DNA of 64,000 bases from an uncultured delta proteobacterium (GTDB lineage: Bacteria; Desulfobacterota; Syntrophia; Syntrophales; Smithellaceae): the NCBI GenBank assembly GCA_963812045.1, contig CAWETF010000003.1:154555-218554 (forward strand), in the 5' to 3' direction. The first letter of the stretch is position 1, and each line of letters starts with the position of its first letter. The notes under the pieces were generated by a model. It was not told the origin of the DNA. It was given only the letters and a program-made list of their open reading frames with translations, and ran no database searches. The position numbers and the translations under genes were made by a program. Below, one piece after another: positions 37,415 through 47,510 of this stretch.

Positions 37415-37533
37415 ACCATGTTGAATTCTTCGGCTAACTTTGTTGGCTGCGTCGTCGGCTTCCTCGACGTATTAGAAATACGCCTGCGGAGTCTCCTCCT
37501 GGCCGCCTCGTTATCCTTTGAATTGAACATGGT
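37415..37533. repeat. ~119-bp palindromic element related to 24981-25104
   Basis: Terminal IR ACCATGTTGAATTC / GAATTGAACATGGT; core GCTGCGT...CGACGTA...TACG...CTCCT...GCCTCG. Confidence 0.65.
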
Positions 37534-37598
37534 AAATTCAATATTCTTAAATAAAAATTTTCACACTATGTCTAAAGCAATTAGGAGGTAAAGTTTAA

Positions 37599-38027
37599 AT
37601 GATTACCGGGAAAAGCATTGATAAGCTTAAAGTCGGAGACACCGCGGAATTTGCCAAGACAGTGACGGAGACCGATATATATCTCTACGCCGGAATTACG
37701 GGCGATTTTAATCCGGCACACGTCAATGAAGAGTACGCGAAAAACACATTTTTCAAGACGCGCATCGCGCATGGTATGCTCACCGCTGGATTTATTTCCG
37801 CCATCATTGCCAATCAATTGCCCGGTCCGGGAACCATCTACCTAAAGCAGGATTTGAGTTTTCTCGCGCCGGTACATATCGGCGACACGATTACAGGGAA
37901 GGTCGAAGTTCTGGAATTGATGGACAAGAACAGAGTCCGGCTGAAAACCATCTGTACTAATCAGGAGGGAGTCGTTGTGCTTTCCGGTGAAGGGTTAGTC
38001 AGTCCGCCGAAGGCTCCAAAAACATAA
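37599..38027 (+). CDS. phaJ: MaoC-family (R)-specific enoyl-CoA hydratase
   Basis: TGDFNPAH...RIAHGML...LPGPG; located in the pha locus. Confidence 0.85.
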   Translation: MITGKSIDKLKVGDTAEFAKTVTETDIYLYAGITGDFNPAHVNEEYAKNTFFKTRIAHGMLTAGFISAIIANQLPGPGTIYLKQDLSFLAPVHIGDTITGKVEVLELMDKNRVRLKTICTNQEGVVVLSGEGLVSPPKAPKT

Positions 38028-38064
38028 TAATAGATGAATTATTATTAATAATTTCTGATTTACG

Positions 38065-38520
38065 TTATTTTTTAAATGAGAATCTGGAGTGTCCAAAATA
38101 ACTGACAATCGCGACTATCGGTATTAACAGCGCGCCGGCGATTTTTGGATCTATCTTAAAAACTTCGACAAAAAAAGGAAGCAATAATAGTCCGAGAATA
38201 TATGTCACAGCGTACATCGAAGAAAACTTAAAAAATTCTATGAGGACACCCTTCCCCTTGACGGTTGATTTGAAGGTGATATGTTTGTGAAAGAGAAACG
38301 CGCTGATTGTGGCGATGATGTTGGAAAGAATTGCGGCGGTCATGTAGGCCATGTAGCGTTTCTGAAAAACGAATGTGAGAAGGTGATCAATACTAATATA
38401 AGCTAAATAACCGAAAATCGTGTTCCACGCGCCTATGAAAAAAAACCGGATTTTGACCTGATGATTATGCCACAATTGTTTCCATGATGTGTTCAAAAGA
38501 TGCGCTCCGTTAGCTGACAA
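38065..38520 (-). CDS. GtrA-family flippase-like protein
   Basis: RFFFIGAWNTIFGY, HKHITF; 4 TM. Confidence 0.85.
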   Translation of the reverse strand: MSANGAHLLNTSWKQLWHNHQVKIRFFFIGAWNTIFGYLAYISIDHLLTFVFQKRYMAYMTAAILSNIIATISAFLFHKHITFKSTVKGKGVLIEFFKFSSMYAVTYILGLLLLPFFVEVFKIDPKIAGALLIPIVAIVSYFGHSRFSFKK

Positions 38521-38571
38521 AACTTGACCTATATATTATTCACTAAGGTTATGATTTCTAATATAGCCTCA

Positions 38572-39642
38572 TCAAAATTTATTGTTTTCTTCCAAGAAAA
38601 TCATCAACCCTTTAAGAGCCTTTTCCACTTCTTTGGGTTTTACGTCCTGAAACACTTTCAACCTGTTGCTTGATGAAAAAAGAACGGCAGGTAAATATCC
38701 GGTACGGCGTTTTTTATCTTTCTTTACCGCATTGACAATCTGATCCGCTTCGAACCACATTTTTTTCAGTTTCACTGATAAAAAACGCACTGTAATTTTT
38801 CTGATTTGATCAGCTTTTTTCTCGTTTAATATGCGCCGCGAAACGGAAATATTATTAGCGGTCATAAGGCCTAGTGTTACGGCCTGACCATGCGGAATTG
38901 CGTAATGACTTACTTTTTCGAACGCATGACCAAAGGTGTGAGCGAAATTCAAAAGATTTCTTATGCCGAAGTCATACTCGTCCTTTTCAATAAATGTTTT
39001 TTTAAATTTCAAGGACCTTTCAGTAAAAAACTTCAGCGTCAAGACATTTCTGTCAAGCAGTTTATCCATATTTTTTTCAAGAAGCTCGATGCCGTCCTTT
39101 GCCGACATGATATTGAATTTGGCAACTTCACCCAGTCCGCTCAGGTAATCATCTTTTGTCAGAGTTTTTACAAAATCCAGGTAAATATAAATGCTGTCGG
39201 GAGCGTAAAAAGTTCCAAGCAAGTTTTTGAATTTGAGGTAATTAAGAGATGTTTTGGATCCGATGCAGCTATCACACTGAGCAAGCAGTGTTGTCGGGAT
39301 AAAAGTCCATTTTACGCCTCTATTATAGATATTTGCCGCGAAACCCGTAACGTCCTGAACAATGCCCCCACCGACGGAAAGTAGTTCTTCTCCGCGTTTG
39401 AAGGAAATTTCCGCCATCTTTCTGCAAATAGAAAGCGCGGAATTGATATTTTTTTTGCTTTCTACGGCTTTAAAAAGGTAGACAGAAGAACGATCGATAT
39501 TTTTCAGAAGCGTGTTCTTGTATATATCAAAGACTTTTTCATCTATTACTGCAAGCCGGTGCGGGTTATTCAAAATTTTTTCGATATAATTCCGGTCGAC
39601 AATTTCAACGAAATATATCTTACTGTGGGCTTTGATTTTCAT
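38572..39642 (-). CDS. 3-dehydroquinate synthase / sugar-phosphate cyclase superfamily protein
   Basis: GGGIVQD, PTTLLAQCDSCIGSKT, KNLLGTF, LLNFAHTFGHA, HGQAV. Confidence 0.85.
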   Translation of the reverse strand: MKIKAHSKIYFVEIVDRNYIEKILNNPHRLAVIDEKVFDIYKNTLLKNIDRSSVYLFKAVESKKNINSALSICRKMAEISFKRGEELLSVGGGIVQDVTGFAANIYNRGVKWTFIPTTLLAQCDSCIGSKTSLNYLKFKNLLGTFYAPDSIYIYLDFVKTLTKDDYLSGLGEVAKFNIMSAKDGIELLEKNMDKLLDRNVLTLKFFTERSLKFKKTFIEKDEYDFGIRNLLNFAHTFGHAFEKVSHYAIPHGQAVTLGLMTANNISVSRRILNEKKADQIRKITVRFLSVKLKKMWFEADQIVNAVKKDKKRRTGYLPAVLFSSSNRLKVFQDVKPKEVEKALKGLMIFLEENNKF

Positions 39643-40304
39643 TTAACGGTAAATCCTCCATCCACTACGATTTTCTGACCGGTAATATACGTGTTATTCT
39701 CCGAACCGAGATAATAAACAATCTCCGCGATTTCCTCCGGTTCGGCAAATCTGCCAAGTGGAATTTCACCATATATTTTTTCTGCTTCTTGCAGTGAAAC
39801 ATTCTTTTTAGTCAGCTCGGTATTGACGTATCCCGGACAAACTGTATTTATCAGGATATTATACTTGCCCAGTTCTATGGCAAGAGTGTTTGTGATGCCG
39901 TGAATGCCGTTTTTGGTCATGGAGTAAATACATCTTTTCTCTTTTGCAACAACTCCCCAGATAGATCCTATGTTAACAATGTGTCCCCTGCCTTTATTTT
40001 TCATTCCTTTTATCAGCGAGCGTGTTATGAGCAGGGGTGCAATTAAATTGACATTAACGGCATCCATCAAGTCACTGTCTTTGATTTCCTGAATTTCCGC
40101 CAGCGGATTAATCCCGGCATTATTGACCAGACAATCAACTGCGGGAACTTTATTATTTTTAAAGTATTCCTCAATTGATTGGGGTGAGAGAAGATTCATC
40201 TCTTCCCGGGACGGCATTATTATTTTATATCCATTATCTTGAAAATGTTTTGCGATAGCTGCGCCTATTCCCCTGCTGCCGCCTGTTAAAAATAATGTTT
40301 TCAT
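39639..40304 (-). CDS. SDR family oxidoreductase
   Basis: TGGSRGIG, NNAG, YSMTK. Confidence 0.9.
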   Translation of the reverse strand: MKTLFLTGGSRGIGAAIAKHFQDNGYKIIMPSREEMNLLSPQSIEEYFKNNKVPAVDCLVNNAGINPLAEIQEIKDSDLMDAVNVNLIAPLLITRSLIKGMKNKGRGHIVNIGSIWGVVAKEKRCIYSMTKNGIHGITNTLAIELGKYNILINTVCPGYVNTELTKKNVSLQEAEKIYGEIPLGRFAEPEEIAEIVYYLGSENNTYITGQKIVVDGGFTVK

Positions 40305-40371
40305 AGAAAACCTTCCTTTTAAAAAATGTAGGATCCGGATGATTTATTAATTGTTTTGCCTTTTATCACGT

Positions 40372-41967
40372 TTATACGTAAATTGTTGGTGTCAAGAAAT
40401 TCAGTTTGATATCTTTTCCCGTCACGACAAGTGCTTTTTTCACGGCTTCGTTACGCAGGACAACATTATCGTCGCAGTATAGGAATTGAATATATTCGCC
40501 GGGATAGTTTTTTGAATTATCGGCGGAATATCCGTCAAAACCGGCAAGGTACACTTCCTTGACCATCATTTTCGTAAGAATCTTCAGGAGCATCAGCATG
40601 GGGTTGTCTCTAATCAAGGCATCTTCGTTGACCAGTGAATTGAAATTGAACTTGTAATCTATTTTTTTATTCGATTCCGAGACGTTTGACGTGCAGATAA
40701 CTTTAACGTGAAGATCTTTTCGGTATATCTTGTTGAAAAACTGGCTGTATCGTTTGGCGTTGCCCATGAAAACGTAATCCGGATCAAAATCGTCGTTAAT
40801 AAAATTAATGGTTATGATGACCGGATTTTTTTCTTTGATAAAAGAGCGTATTTTATGCGCATTGATTTCTATGGATTTGCCCGGAGCGATAATCAGGATA
40901 TCTCTTTTTTCCAGTTCGGCGCTCAATCCCGCGTAAGCGTCAGAATCTTCGATAACCTTGTTCTGATAATCAAGATAAAGGTTTTCCATTATTTCTCTGC
41001 TGAAGGTCAGTTTATTTGCCGGTTCAATTTTAGCGATAATCTCGTTTATGGATTTTATAGACAAGGTTTTTTTGTTCAGCAAATTGCTCACATAATCAGG
41101 GTGACAATCGTTGGAGGCGGCGATAAAATGTTTGAAAGAATAGCCCCAGTATTGTTTTGTGTACTCCTTCATGATATCGACGTCTATTGCTTCCAGAAGT
41201 TGATCAAGGTTGTATTGTCCTCCATAGTTTTCGTTTACATGCATGGTCAGCAATTCCGTGCAGGCATTGCCCGCGCTTTTGCCCATTCCGTAAAGCGATC
41301 CGTCAACAATAAGCTCTCTATCGGAATCAACAGCCATCAGTTCGGTGCAATTGGCGTATCCCAGTTGAAAATTGTTGTGCGAATGATACCCGATTAAAAT
41401 TCCTTCAGACAGGTTCTTGTCCATTAAATTGAAGTAATGTAACAATTCTTTTTTGTGCATCAGGCCGTAAGTATCCACAATGGAAACACTGTAGGGTGAT
41501 ACCTCATTCACTTTTTTCAAAAGTTCTATCATTTCGTTATCGCTGTAAGTTGTTACGGAAACAGGTTGAAGAGACAATTTGTACCCTTTTTTCTTTATTT
41601 CCGAGCAGAAATTCAGAGCTTCCGGATAATCTTTTTTCTTGAAAATAACACGGATGCCGTCCAGAACAGAATCCTTTTGATGGGAGAGCGCTTCTATGCC
41701 GCATGTGCCATAATCTATCATGGCCAGAATCATCGCATTTTGAATGTCCAGATTTTTAAAAATAGGTTTTATGGAATCCGTATCGGGCAGTATCGAACGA
41801 TTCTCATCGTATTTTCTTCTGTCATCCAGAAATCCTATTTCTACGATATCGATTCCCGCCTTGTCCAGCCTGCTGATAATGCTTTCGATAGTGCCAAGTC
41901 CGAAATTCCAGTCATTAACATAGCCGCCATCGCGCAAAGTGCAATCAAGGATTTTTATGGCTCTCAT
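40372..41967 (-). CDS. DRE-TIM (HMGL-like) aldolase fused to a C-terminal DUF115/MptE-like domain
   Basis: LDCTLRDGGY, HSHNN, GMGKSAGN; C-terminal IIAPGKS...LAGFDGY; likely start MRAIK at 41967. Confidence 0.8.
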   Translation of the reverse strand: MRAIKILDCTLRDGGYVNDWNFGLGTIESIISRLDKAGIDIVEIGFLDDRRKYDENRSILPDTDSIKPIFKNLDIQNAMILAMIDYGTCGIEALSHQKDSVLDGIRVIFKKKDYPEALNFCSEIKKKGYKLSLQPVSVTTYSDNEMIELLKKVNEVSPYSVSIVDTYGLMHKKELLHYFNLMDKNLSEGILIGYHSHNNFQLGYANCTELMAVDSDRELIVDGSLYGMGKSAGNACTELLTMHVNENYGGQYNLDQLLEAIDVDIMKEYTKQYWGYSFKHFIAASNDCHPDYVSNLLNKKTLSIKSINEIIAKIEPANKLTFSREIMENLYLDYQNKVIEDSDAYAGLSAELEKRDILIIAPGKSIEINAHKIRSFIKEKNPVIITINFINDDFDPDYVFMGNAKRYSQFFNKIYRKDLHVKVICTSNVSESNKKIDYKFNFNSLVNEDALIRDNPMLMLLKILTKMMVKEVYLAGFDGYSADNSKNYPGEYIQFLYCDDNVVLRNEAVKKALVVTGKDIKLNFLTPTIYV

Positions 41968-41971
41968 TTTG

Positions 41972-43783
41972 TTATTCCTCTTTAATCGGCTCGATAAGCA
42001 TGCATTCATTAAACGTTTTTCTATCCAGAAAGGGGTACATGTCTTCCAACGAAGGTGTAAACATCCTGCCGTTACCAAGGCTGCGTGAAGATAGCTTCGG
42101 TTCAAAATTCTGTTCAGGATCAAGCACGACCTCGCACAAAACAGGACCGTTCATTTTTAATACTTTATCAAGGACAGGACTTACTGAAATATTTTTTGTG
42201 ATTCTGGCAAACTGCAAGTCGTAGGCTTTTGAAATTTTCTCCGCGTCGGGAAAGCTGACGCCGGATGCGGCATTTACTCCGACGAGAGGATTACCGAAAA
42301 AAGAATTTTGAGTCTGCCTGATGGAATGGTATCCGTCGTTGTTAAAGAGAAAAATGGTGATATTCATTTTATTGTGAATGATCGTTTGCAATTCCTGTAA
42401 ATTCATCTGCATGGATCCGTCACCGGCAATGCAGTATACTTTTTTTTCGGATGCCACATAAGCTCCAATGGCTGCGGGCAGGTCGTAGCCCATCGACGCG
42501 CAACCCGAATTGGTATAAAGCCGCTGGCCTTTTTTAATAAAGGCTGCCTGAAAGGTGACAACGCAGGCACTACCGTTGGCCGTGACGATAATATCATTTT
42601 CTTTCAGTTTTTTCGTGAGGGAATCTACAAAAAAATAAGGATTAACTTTGGTTATGTTATGCGGTTGGACAAAATTCGTTGTTGCAAATTTATTTCTTAT
42701 TTTCTTACAGTAATCCATCCAATCTTTTTTCACTTTTATTGTTTCTGATTTCTCCAATATGACTTTTATAAAGTCAGCGACGTTGGCATTGACAGGAAGG
42801 TCAGGGGAAAGGGTAGGTTTTTTTAATTCATCCTTATCAATATCCACGATTATTTTATAAGCTTCACGAGCAAACATCTGCCAATTATAACTTATCTGCC
42901 GTATATTTAACCGGCAACCGAGTACCAGTATCAGGTCGGCGTTTTGCGTTATAAAATTTCCCGATCTGTTACCCACCGTTCCCGGTCTGCCGAAATAAAG
43001 CGGGTGAGTATCCCAGATAACGTCGTGCGCGTTCCATGCAGTCACAACGGGAATATTTAGTTTTTTTATCAACTTGTGAAAATCATCATATGCTCCTGAA
43101 GAACGCACTGCCGATCCCGCAAAAATCACCGGTCTTTTTGCTTTTTTAATTTTTTCCAGCACAGTCAGGACCGTTCTGCTGCTTACTTTCGGCGCAAGTT
43201 CGTTTTTATCTTCTTTAGGATTGTAATGTTTGAGTTTTCTTATTTCTATCACCGCTCCCTGGACATCAAGTGGAATATCCAGCCAGCAGGGGCCGGGTCT
43301 GCCGTTTACGGCAAGATAATAAGCTCTTTCCAGATGGTAAAGTATCTCATATGGGTTGATTACCATTTCGGCGTATTTGGTCATCGGCGTAACGACTTTA
43401 GCAATGTCAAATTCCTGGTCACCAAGCTGACGGAGCTTTAACCCTGTGCTCCGGGCCGTTGTATTGTAACGCACCTGCCCCGAAATGATCAGCATGGGGA
43501 TTGAATCGAGCCATCCTCCCAGTACGCCTGTTATGGCGTTGGTGCCTCCCGGCCCGCTGGTCACACAGACAAGCGCGATTTTTCCACGCAGCCTGGCATA
43601 ACTTTCCGCAGCCATGGCTGAAGCCTGTTCATGATGATTATAAATACATTTCAGCTTCGGATGTTTGCCGAAAGCATCATTTAAATGCATCGCACCGCCG
43701 CCGGTCACAGTAAAAACGTGCTTAATCTTCTTTTTTGTAAGCCAATCGGCGATGTAATCCGCAACTCTTATCTGCAACTTCAA
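41972..43783 (-). CDS. ThDP-dependent enzyme (acetolactate synthase/YerE-like carboligase)
   Basis: HHEQA, TSGPGGTN, SMGYDLPAAIG, GDGS...NNDGY; likely TTG start after AGGAG. Confidence 0.9.
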   Translation of the reverse strand: MKLQIRVADYIADWLTKKKIKHVFTVTGGGAMHLNDAFGKHPKLKCIYNHHEQASAMAAESYARLRGKIALVCVTSGPGGTNAITGVLGGWLDSIPMLIISGQVRYNTTARSTGLKLRQLGDQEFDIAKVVTPMTKYAEMVINPYEILYHLERAYYLAVNGRPGPCWLDIPLDVQGAVIEIRKLKHYNPKEDKNELAPKVSSRTVLTVLEKIKKAKRPVIFAGSAVRSSGAYDDFHKLIKKLNIPVVTAWNAHDVIWDTHPLYFGRPGTVGNRSGNFITQNADLILVLGCRLNIRQISYNWQMFAREAYKIIVDIDKDELKKPTLSPDLPVNANVADFIKVILEKSETIKVKKDWMDYCKKIRNKFATTNFVQPHNITKVNPYFFVDSLTKKLKENDIIVTANGSACVVTFQAAFIKKGQRLYTNSGCASMGYDLPAAIGAYVASEKKVYCIAGDGSMQMNLQELQTIIHNKMNITIFLFNNDGYHSIRQTQNSFFGNPLVGVNAASGVSFPDAEKISKAYDLQFARITKNISVSPVLDKVLKMNGPVLCEVVLDPEQNFEPKLSSRSLGNGRMFTPSLEDMYPFLDRKTFNECMLIEPIKEE

Positions 43784-44490
43784 TACACTCCTTATTTTAT
43801 GACGCAGATCTGAAACTGACATGCTTGTGACCAACATAACTTATTATCGTGGTAATAAACAAGCATATAATGTATTAAGTATATGCGTTCATCTTAAATT
43901 TTTCAATGCTGATATACAGATCAGCCATATTTAATAAATAAGTGAAAAGGTATCCAGATATAAATCTCGCTATTTCTGAAACCTATCTTTCCGGTATCCT
44001 GAATATAAAGTATTTATCCTACAAAGAACTGTGCGCAATTGCGAGTATACGTGATTATAACTGCGCCAATAAATAATGCTTCTTCAAGTAAATAACTAAG
44101 GCAGAAACGGCGCATCAAAATACAGTGTTTAGGACTAGGACAAATTAAAATATTACTTTATCATCTTCAGAGAGCTTTATTGTTATATGTCTCATTTCGA
44201 ACAAGTGAATTAGATATCTTTAGCCGTAAAATAAAGGATACTTGATCAGGTTTTCCATAAAAAGCATTTTTTTACTTTTTTCCCCAATTCTTGAATATGT
44301 TTTCCGTTGCTTCTCCTGACTTTAACAATGAACCCCAGCCGTTTCCTATCCGAAATTTTTCTGGTGATGAAAGATAAGTTTATCTGACACGTTATTTGTT
44401 TCTTAGAGGATTTACACACCTATTGACAATTTTTCATTTATAATATAACAATTTTTCCACTGTTTATTTAAATTAATCGCAAGTATAATT

Positions 44491-45009
44491 ATGAAGATAT
44501 TTTTTTTTGGTATTGTGCTTTTCTTGTTGGCATTTGTCGTGCATTTGTTCATCTGGCGAATACGCGTGCCAAGGAAACAAACGCAAACGCTTCTTGTTTC
44601 CTATGCATGCTGCGGCGCCGCGGGTGGTCTTGTTTTGCCACTATTGAACCATATCCTGCCGACGGCGCTGTCGGCAGATTCTTTTGCCGAGATAATGACC
44701 ATTTTTGTTTTTTATGGTTCCATGGCTCTTGGCTATATCGCATTTTATTCACTTCTTGAAAACGACAGCCCGTCGCTTACTCTTATTCGCGGTCTAACTG
44801 AGGCAAAATCGTATGGGATGACTATAGAAGAGTTATACGAGATGATGTCGAAGAAACAATTCGTTCGGTCGAGGCTTGAGCAATTGTTGAAGGACAAGTT
44901 GGTGATAATATCAGGAAATAAATATTATGCGACACAGACCGGCGAGGCCTTTTTATTAATTTTTAACTTTCAACGACAGTTGTTTAAATTGAAAAATAAA
45001 GGCGGTTGA
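44491..45009 (+). CDS. hypothetical membrane protein with C-terminal winged-helix-like segment
   Basis: 3 TM then DSPSL...RLEQLL...YYAT.TG. Confidence 0.65.
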   Translation: MKIFFFGIVLFLLAFVVHLFIWRIRVPRKQTQTLLVSYACCGAAGGLVLPLLNHILPTALSADSFAEIMTIFVFYGSMALGYIAFYSLLENDSPSLTLIRGLTEAKSYGMTIEELYEMMSKKQFVRSRLEQLLKDKLVIISGNKYYATQTGEAFLLIFNFQRQLFKLKNKGG

Positions 45010-45058
45010 TGAGGCGGTTTCTGATGAGCATCTGAGACTGTGCCTGAACCGATTAACT

Positions 45059-45592
45059 ATGAATAATCTGATGGAATACTCGACAATAGCTGGCCTATGT
45101 ATGGGATTAAGTGCAGCAGTAATCCTCCAGGTTCTTATCATGAGATTTGCAAACCGCGCAGACTTACTCAAATCGTTTTTCATCGGATTTTCCGCTGGAT
45201 ATCTTTGCTTCCTCCTTTTTGGTGTATCCGCATATCTTCGGTCCCATGAATCGGCTATTGATCTTGTGTTCACCCTCATAGCGGGTAGTATAAGCTACGC
45301 CTCTTTGGCGTTTTGTTATCTTGCTTTTCTAGGCATTGGAGAGACATCGATTCGGACGCGTCTTCTCGCTGAAATACAAGGGGCGGCCTGCGGTCTTTCG
45401 GAGGTAGATGTTCTCCGCTTGTATAATGTTCGACATATGGTTGATGTCAGGATCGAGAGGCTTATACAGAAGGGTCAAGTGGTTCAAACAGGTGGCAGAT
45501 ATCACATCAACAGTCGACTGCTGATTTTCCTCGGACAGGTCGTTACGATATGCAAATTAATTGTTCTTCGGAAAAAAAGTGAATTTGTTTAA
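45059..45592 (+). CDS. hypothetical membrane protein with the same architecture as the upstream ORF
   Basis: 3 TM then ETSIR...RIERLI...GGRY. Confidence 0.65.
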   Translation: MNNLMEYSTIAGLCMGLSAAVILQVLIMRFANRADLLKSFFIGFSAGYLCFLLFGVSAYLRSHESAIDLVFTLIAGSISYASLAFCYLAFLGIGETSIRTRLLAEIQGAACGLSEVDVLRLYNVRHMVDVRIERLIQKGQVVQTGGRYHINSRLLIFLGQVVTICKLIVLRKKSEFV

Positions 45593-45662
45593 AAATGAGG
45601 AATTACCACCGGCCGCGTAGATTTCCGACTAAGTAACATCGCATTAATGAACAGGAGACGCA

Positions 45663-46910
45663 ATGAAAATCATTGATAAGAAAACAAAGGTCAGTTATCT
45701 GTCCTGGATAATTCTGGGAGGATTTATTTCTGCAGTGTCGTTTCATTATTTTTTCGGAGGTCTTTATAGAACCGGTTACCCTTCTAATACATTTCTTTTC
45801 AGTCCGGCAGCGAGATTTACGGATTTCTTTAACATTTACCGTGGACTCAAGGATTTTGACATCGTACACGGCAGCATGACTGTAACGCATTTCCCGTTTT
45901 CTCTCTTAGTTGAATATCTGTTCGCGTCCGCGTTTCCCCCAGTCTTGGCTTTCCTCTTGTTCACGCTGATATTTGTCGCTTTTCTCATTTATTATAATTA
46001 CAAATTTTTATATATAAAAACAGATCAAATGGAATCATGGAAAAATATCCTTATTATTTCTCTCTGTTCCTATCCGGTTCTATTTTGTATCGACAGGGGG
46101 AATTCGGAGCCACTTGTATACATGGCCATTGCATTGTTTGTATATTATTATTTACGACACAATAATCTGAACGTTCTCTTTTTGTCGTTTGCCATATCCA
46201 TGAAGGTTTTCCCGGCGGTTTTTTTAGTGCTTTACTTGAAGAATAAAAAATACAGAGAAATAACTGCAACAATTATTATATCCGTAATCATAACCGTGAT
46301 CCCGCTTTACTTAATGAAAGGCAGCCTTGTTGAAAATATCAATGCTTTTTCACATCATTTGAACACATACAATCAAGCATACGTAATTGGGATGCCAGGC
46401 GTTGCCTGTGGTTTGGGTTTTGGACATAGTTTGTTCGGGATCATTAGGCTTTTTTCCCAATACTGTATGTCAGATTTTTATTTTAATAACGCATCTGCCT
46501 TAATGAAAGGCTACATGTTGTTTTCAATGGTCTATATCTCTCTTATCGCTTTGTATATTATGTTCGTTGAAAAAATATTTTGGAAACAGATTGCCCTGCT
46601 GGTTTTCTCTTTCAATCTGCTGCCTTATGTCTCCGCAGATTACAAGCTGCTTCATCTTTTTATTCCACTTCTCTTATTTATTAATGCTGAAGAAAAATCG
46701 GACCATGATCTGCTCTATGTCGTGTTATTCGGCCTGCTGATGATACCCAAAGCGTATTTCCTTTTTCCTGAAATACGAAGCGACTCAGGATTTGCAGATA
46801 TCAGTATTTCAATTATTGTAAACCCCATCTTAATGTTAATTTTTTCACTCATCATTATTCGTGAGGGATTTTTGGAAAAACGTCAAACAGTTGCACTGCG
46901 AAGAAGGTAG
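45663..46910 (+). CDS. GT87/DUF2029-like GT-C membrane glycosyltransferase
   Basis: FTDFF loop, HFPF, DRGNSE, AISMKVFP, ADYKL; about 10 TM. Confidence 0.75.
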   Translation: MKIIDKKTKVSYLSWIILGGFISAVSFHYFFGGLYRTGYPSNTFLFSPAARFTDFFNIYRGLKDFDIVHGSMTVTHFPFSLLVEYLFASAFPPVLAFLLFTLIFVAFLIYYNYKFLYIKTDQMESWKNILIISLCSYPVLFCIDRGNSEPLVYMAIALFVYYYLRHNNLNVLFLSFAISMKVFPAVFLVLYLKNKKYREITATIIISVIITVIPLYLMKGSLVENINAFSHHLNTYNQAYVIGMPGVACGLGFGHSLFGIIRLFSQYCMSDFYFNNASALMKGYMLFSMVYISLIALYIMFVEKIFWKQIALLVFSFNLLPYVSADYKLLHLFIPLLLFINAEEKSDHDLLYVVLFGLLMIPKAYFLFPEIRSDSGFADISISIIVNPILMLIFSLIIIREGFLEKRQTVALRRR

Positions 46911-46919
46911 GTATATTGC

Positions 46920-47510
46920 ATGTTCACATATAAACGCATCATGATACTCAGTGGCATATTGCTCAGCACAGGGCTTTTGTAGGGGCTTTTTATCGCACTG
47001 ATGTCGCCGCATTCAGCGCCGTTCTGAAAAAAATACGGATATTTGTAATCATAATTAGTATTGTCTTCGTTTTTTCGTTTATTTTTCCCGGGCGCTCATC
47101 TGGCAAGTCATGACCTCGCAATTGCGGAGCCCAGCGTTTCGATGATGTTCGGCGGTGTCGCTATCGGCTGTTTGGTGAACGGATTGCTTCCGTTTCGCGC
47201 AGGAGAACTATTCAAGGCGCAGTACCTTTCGACCGTGGATTGTCGGATATCCGCTGCACTCTTGACAATCATTATAGAACGGGTGCTCGATGTCGTTTAG
47301 TTGGGGATCTGCTTGTCTGCCGGATTATGGATCGGCATCTGAGGATCATCGTCCACTGCGACAGTCTTAATTCTGGTCGTATGGGTATTTTTCATTGTTG
47401 CATGGCTCGGCACTCTCCTCTTTTATAACAATCTTCAGCCTTTCCTTTTGACGCTGCCTTTTTTGCCGCGACATCTTCTTGGTTTGCTGTCTCTGTCATG
47501 TAGCACCTCT
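46920..47510 (+). pseudogene. degraded lysylphosphatidylglycerol-synthase-TM/UPF0104 (flippase-like) gene
   Basis: NGLLPFRAGELFK and IIERVLD hallmarks, with in-frame stops and frameshifts; end approximate. Confidence 0.65.

Noticed and set aside
38572-39642. Calling this gene housekeeping aroB
   Set aside because: Context is a sugar-modification operon with no aroK/aroC nearby, so the symbol was withheld
41972-43783. Calling this gene ilvB
   Set aside because: No ilvN/ilvC neighbour; the glycan-locus context fits YerE-like enzymes
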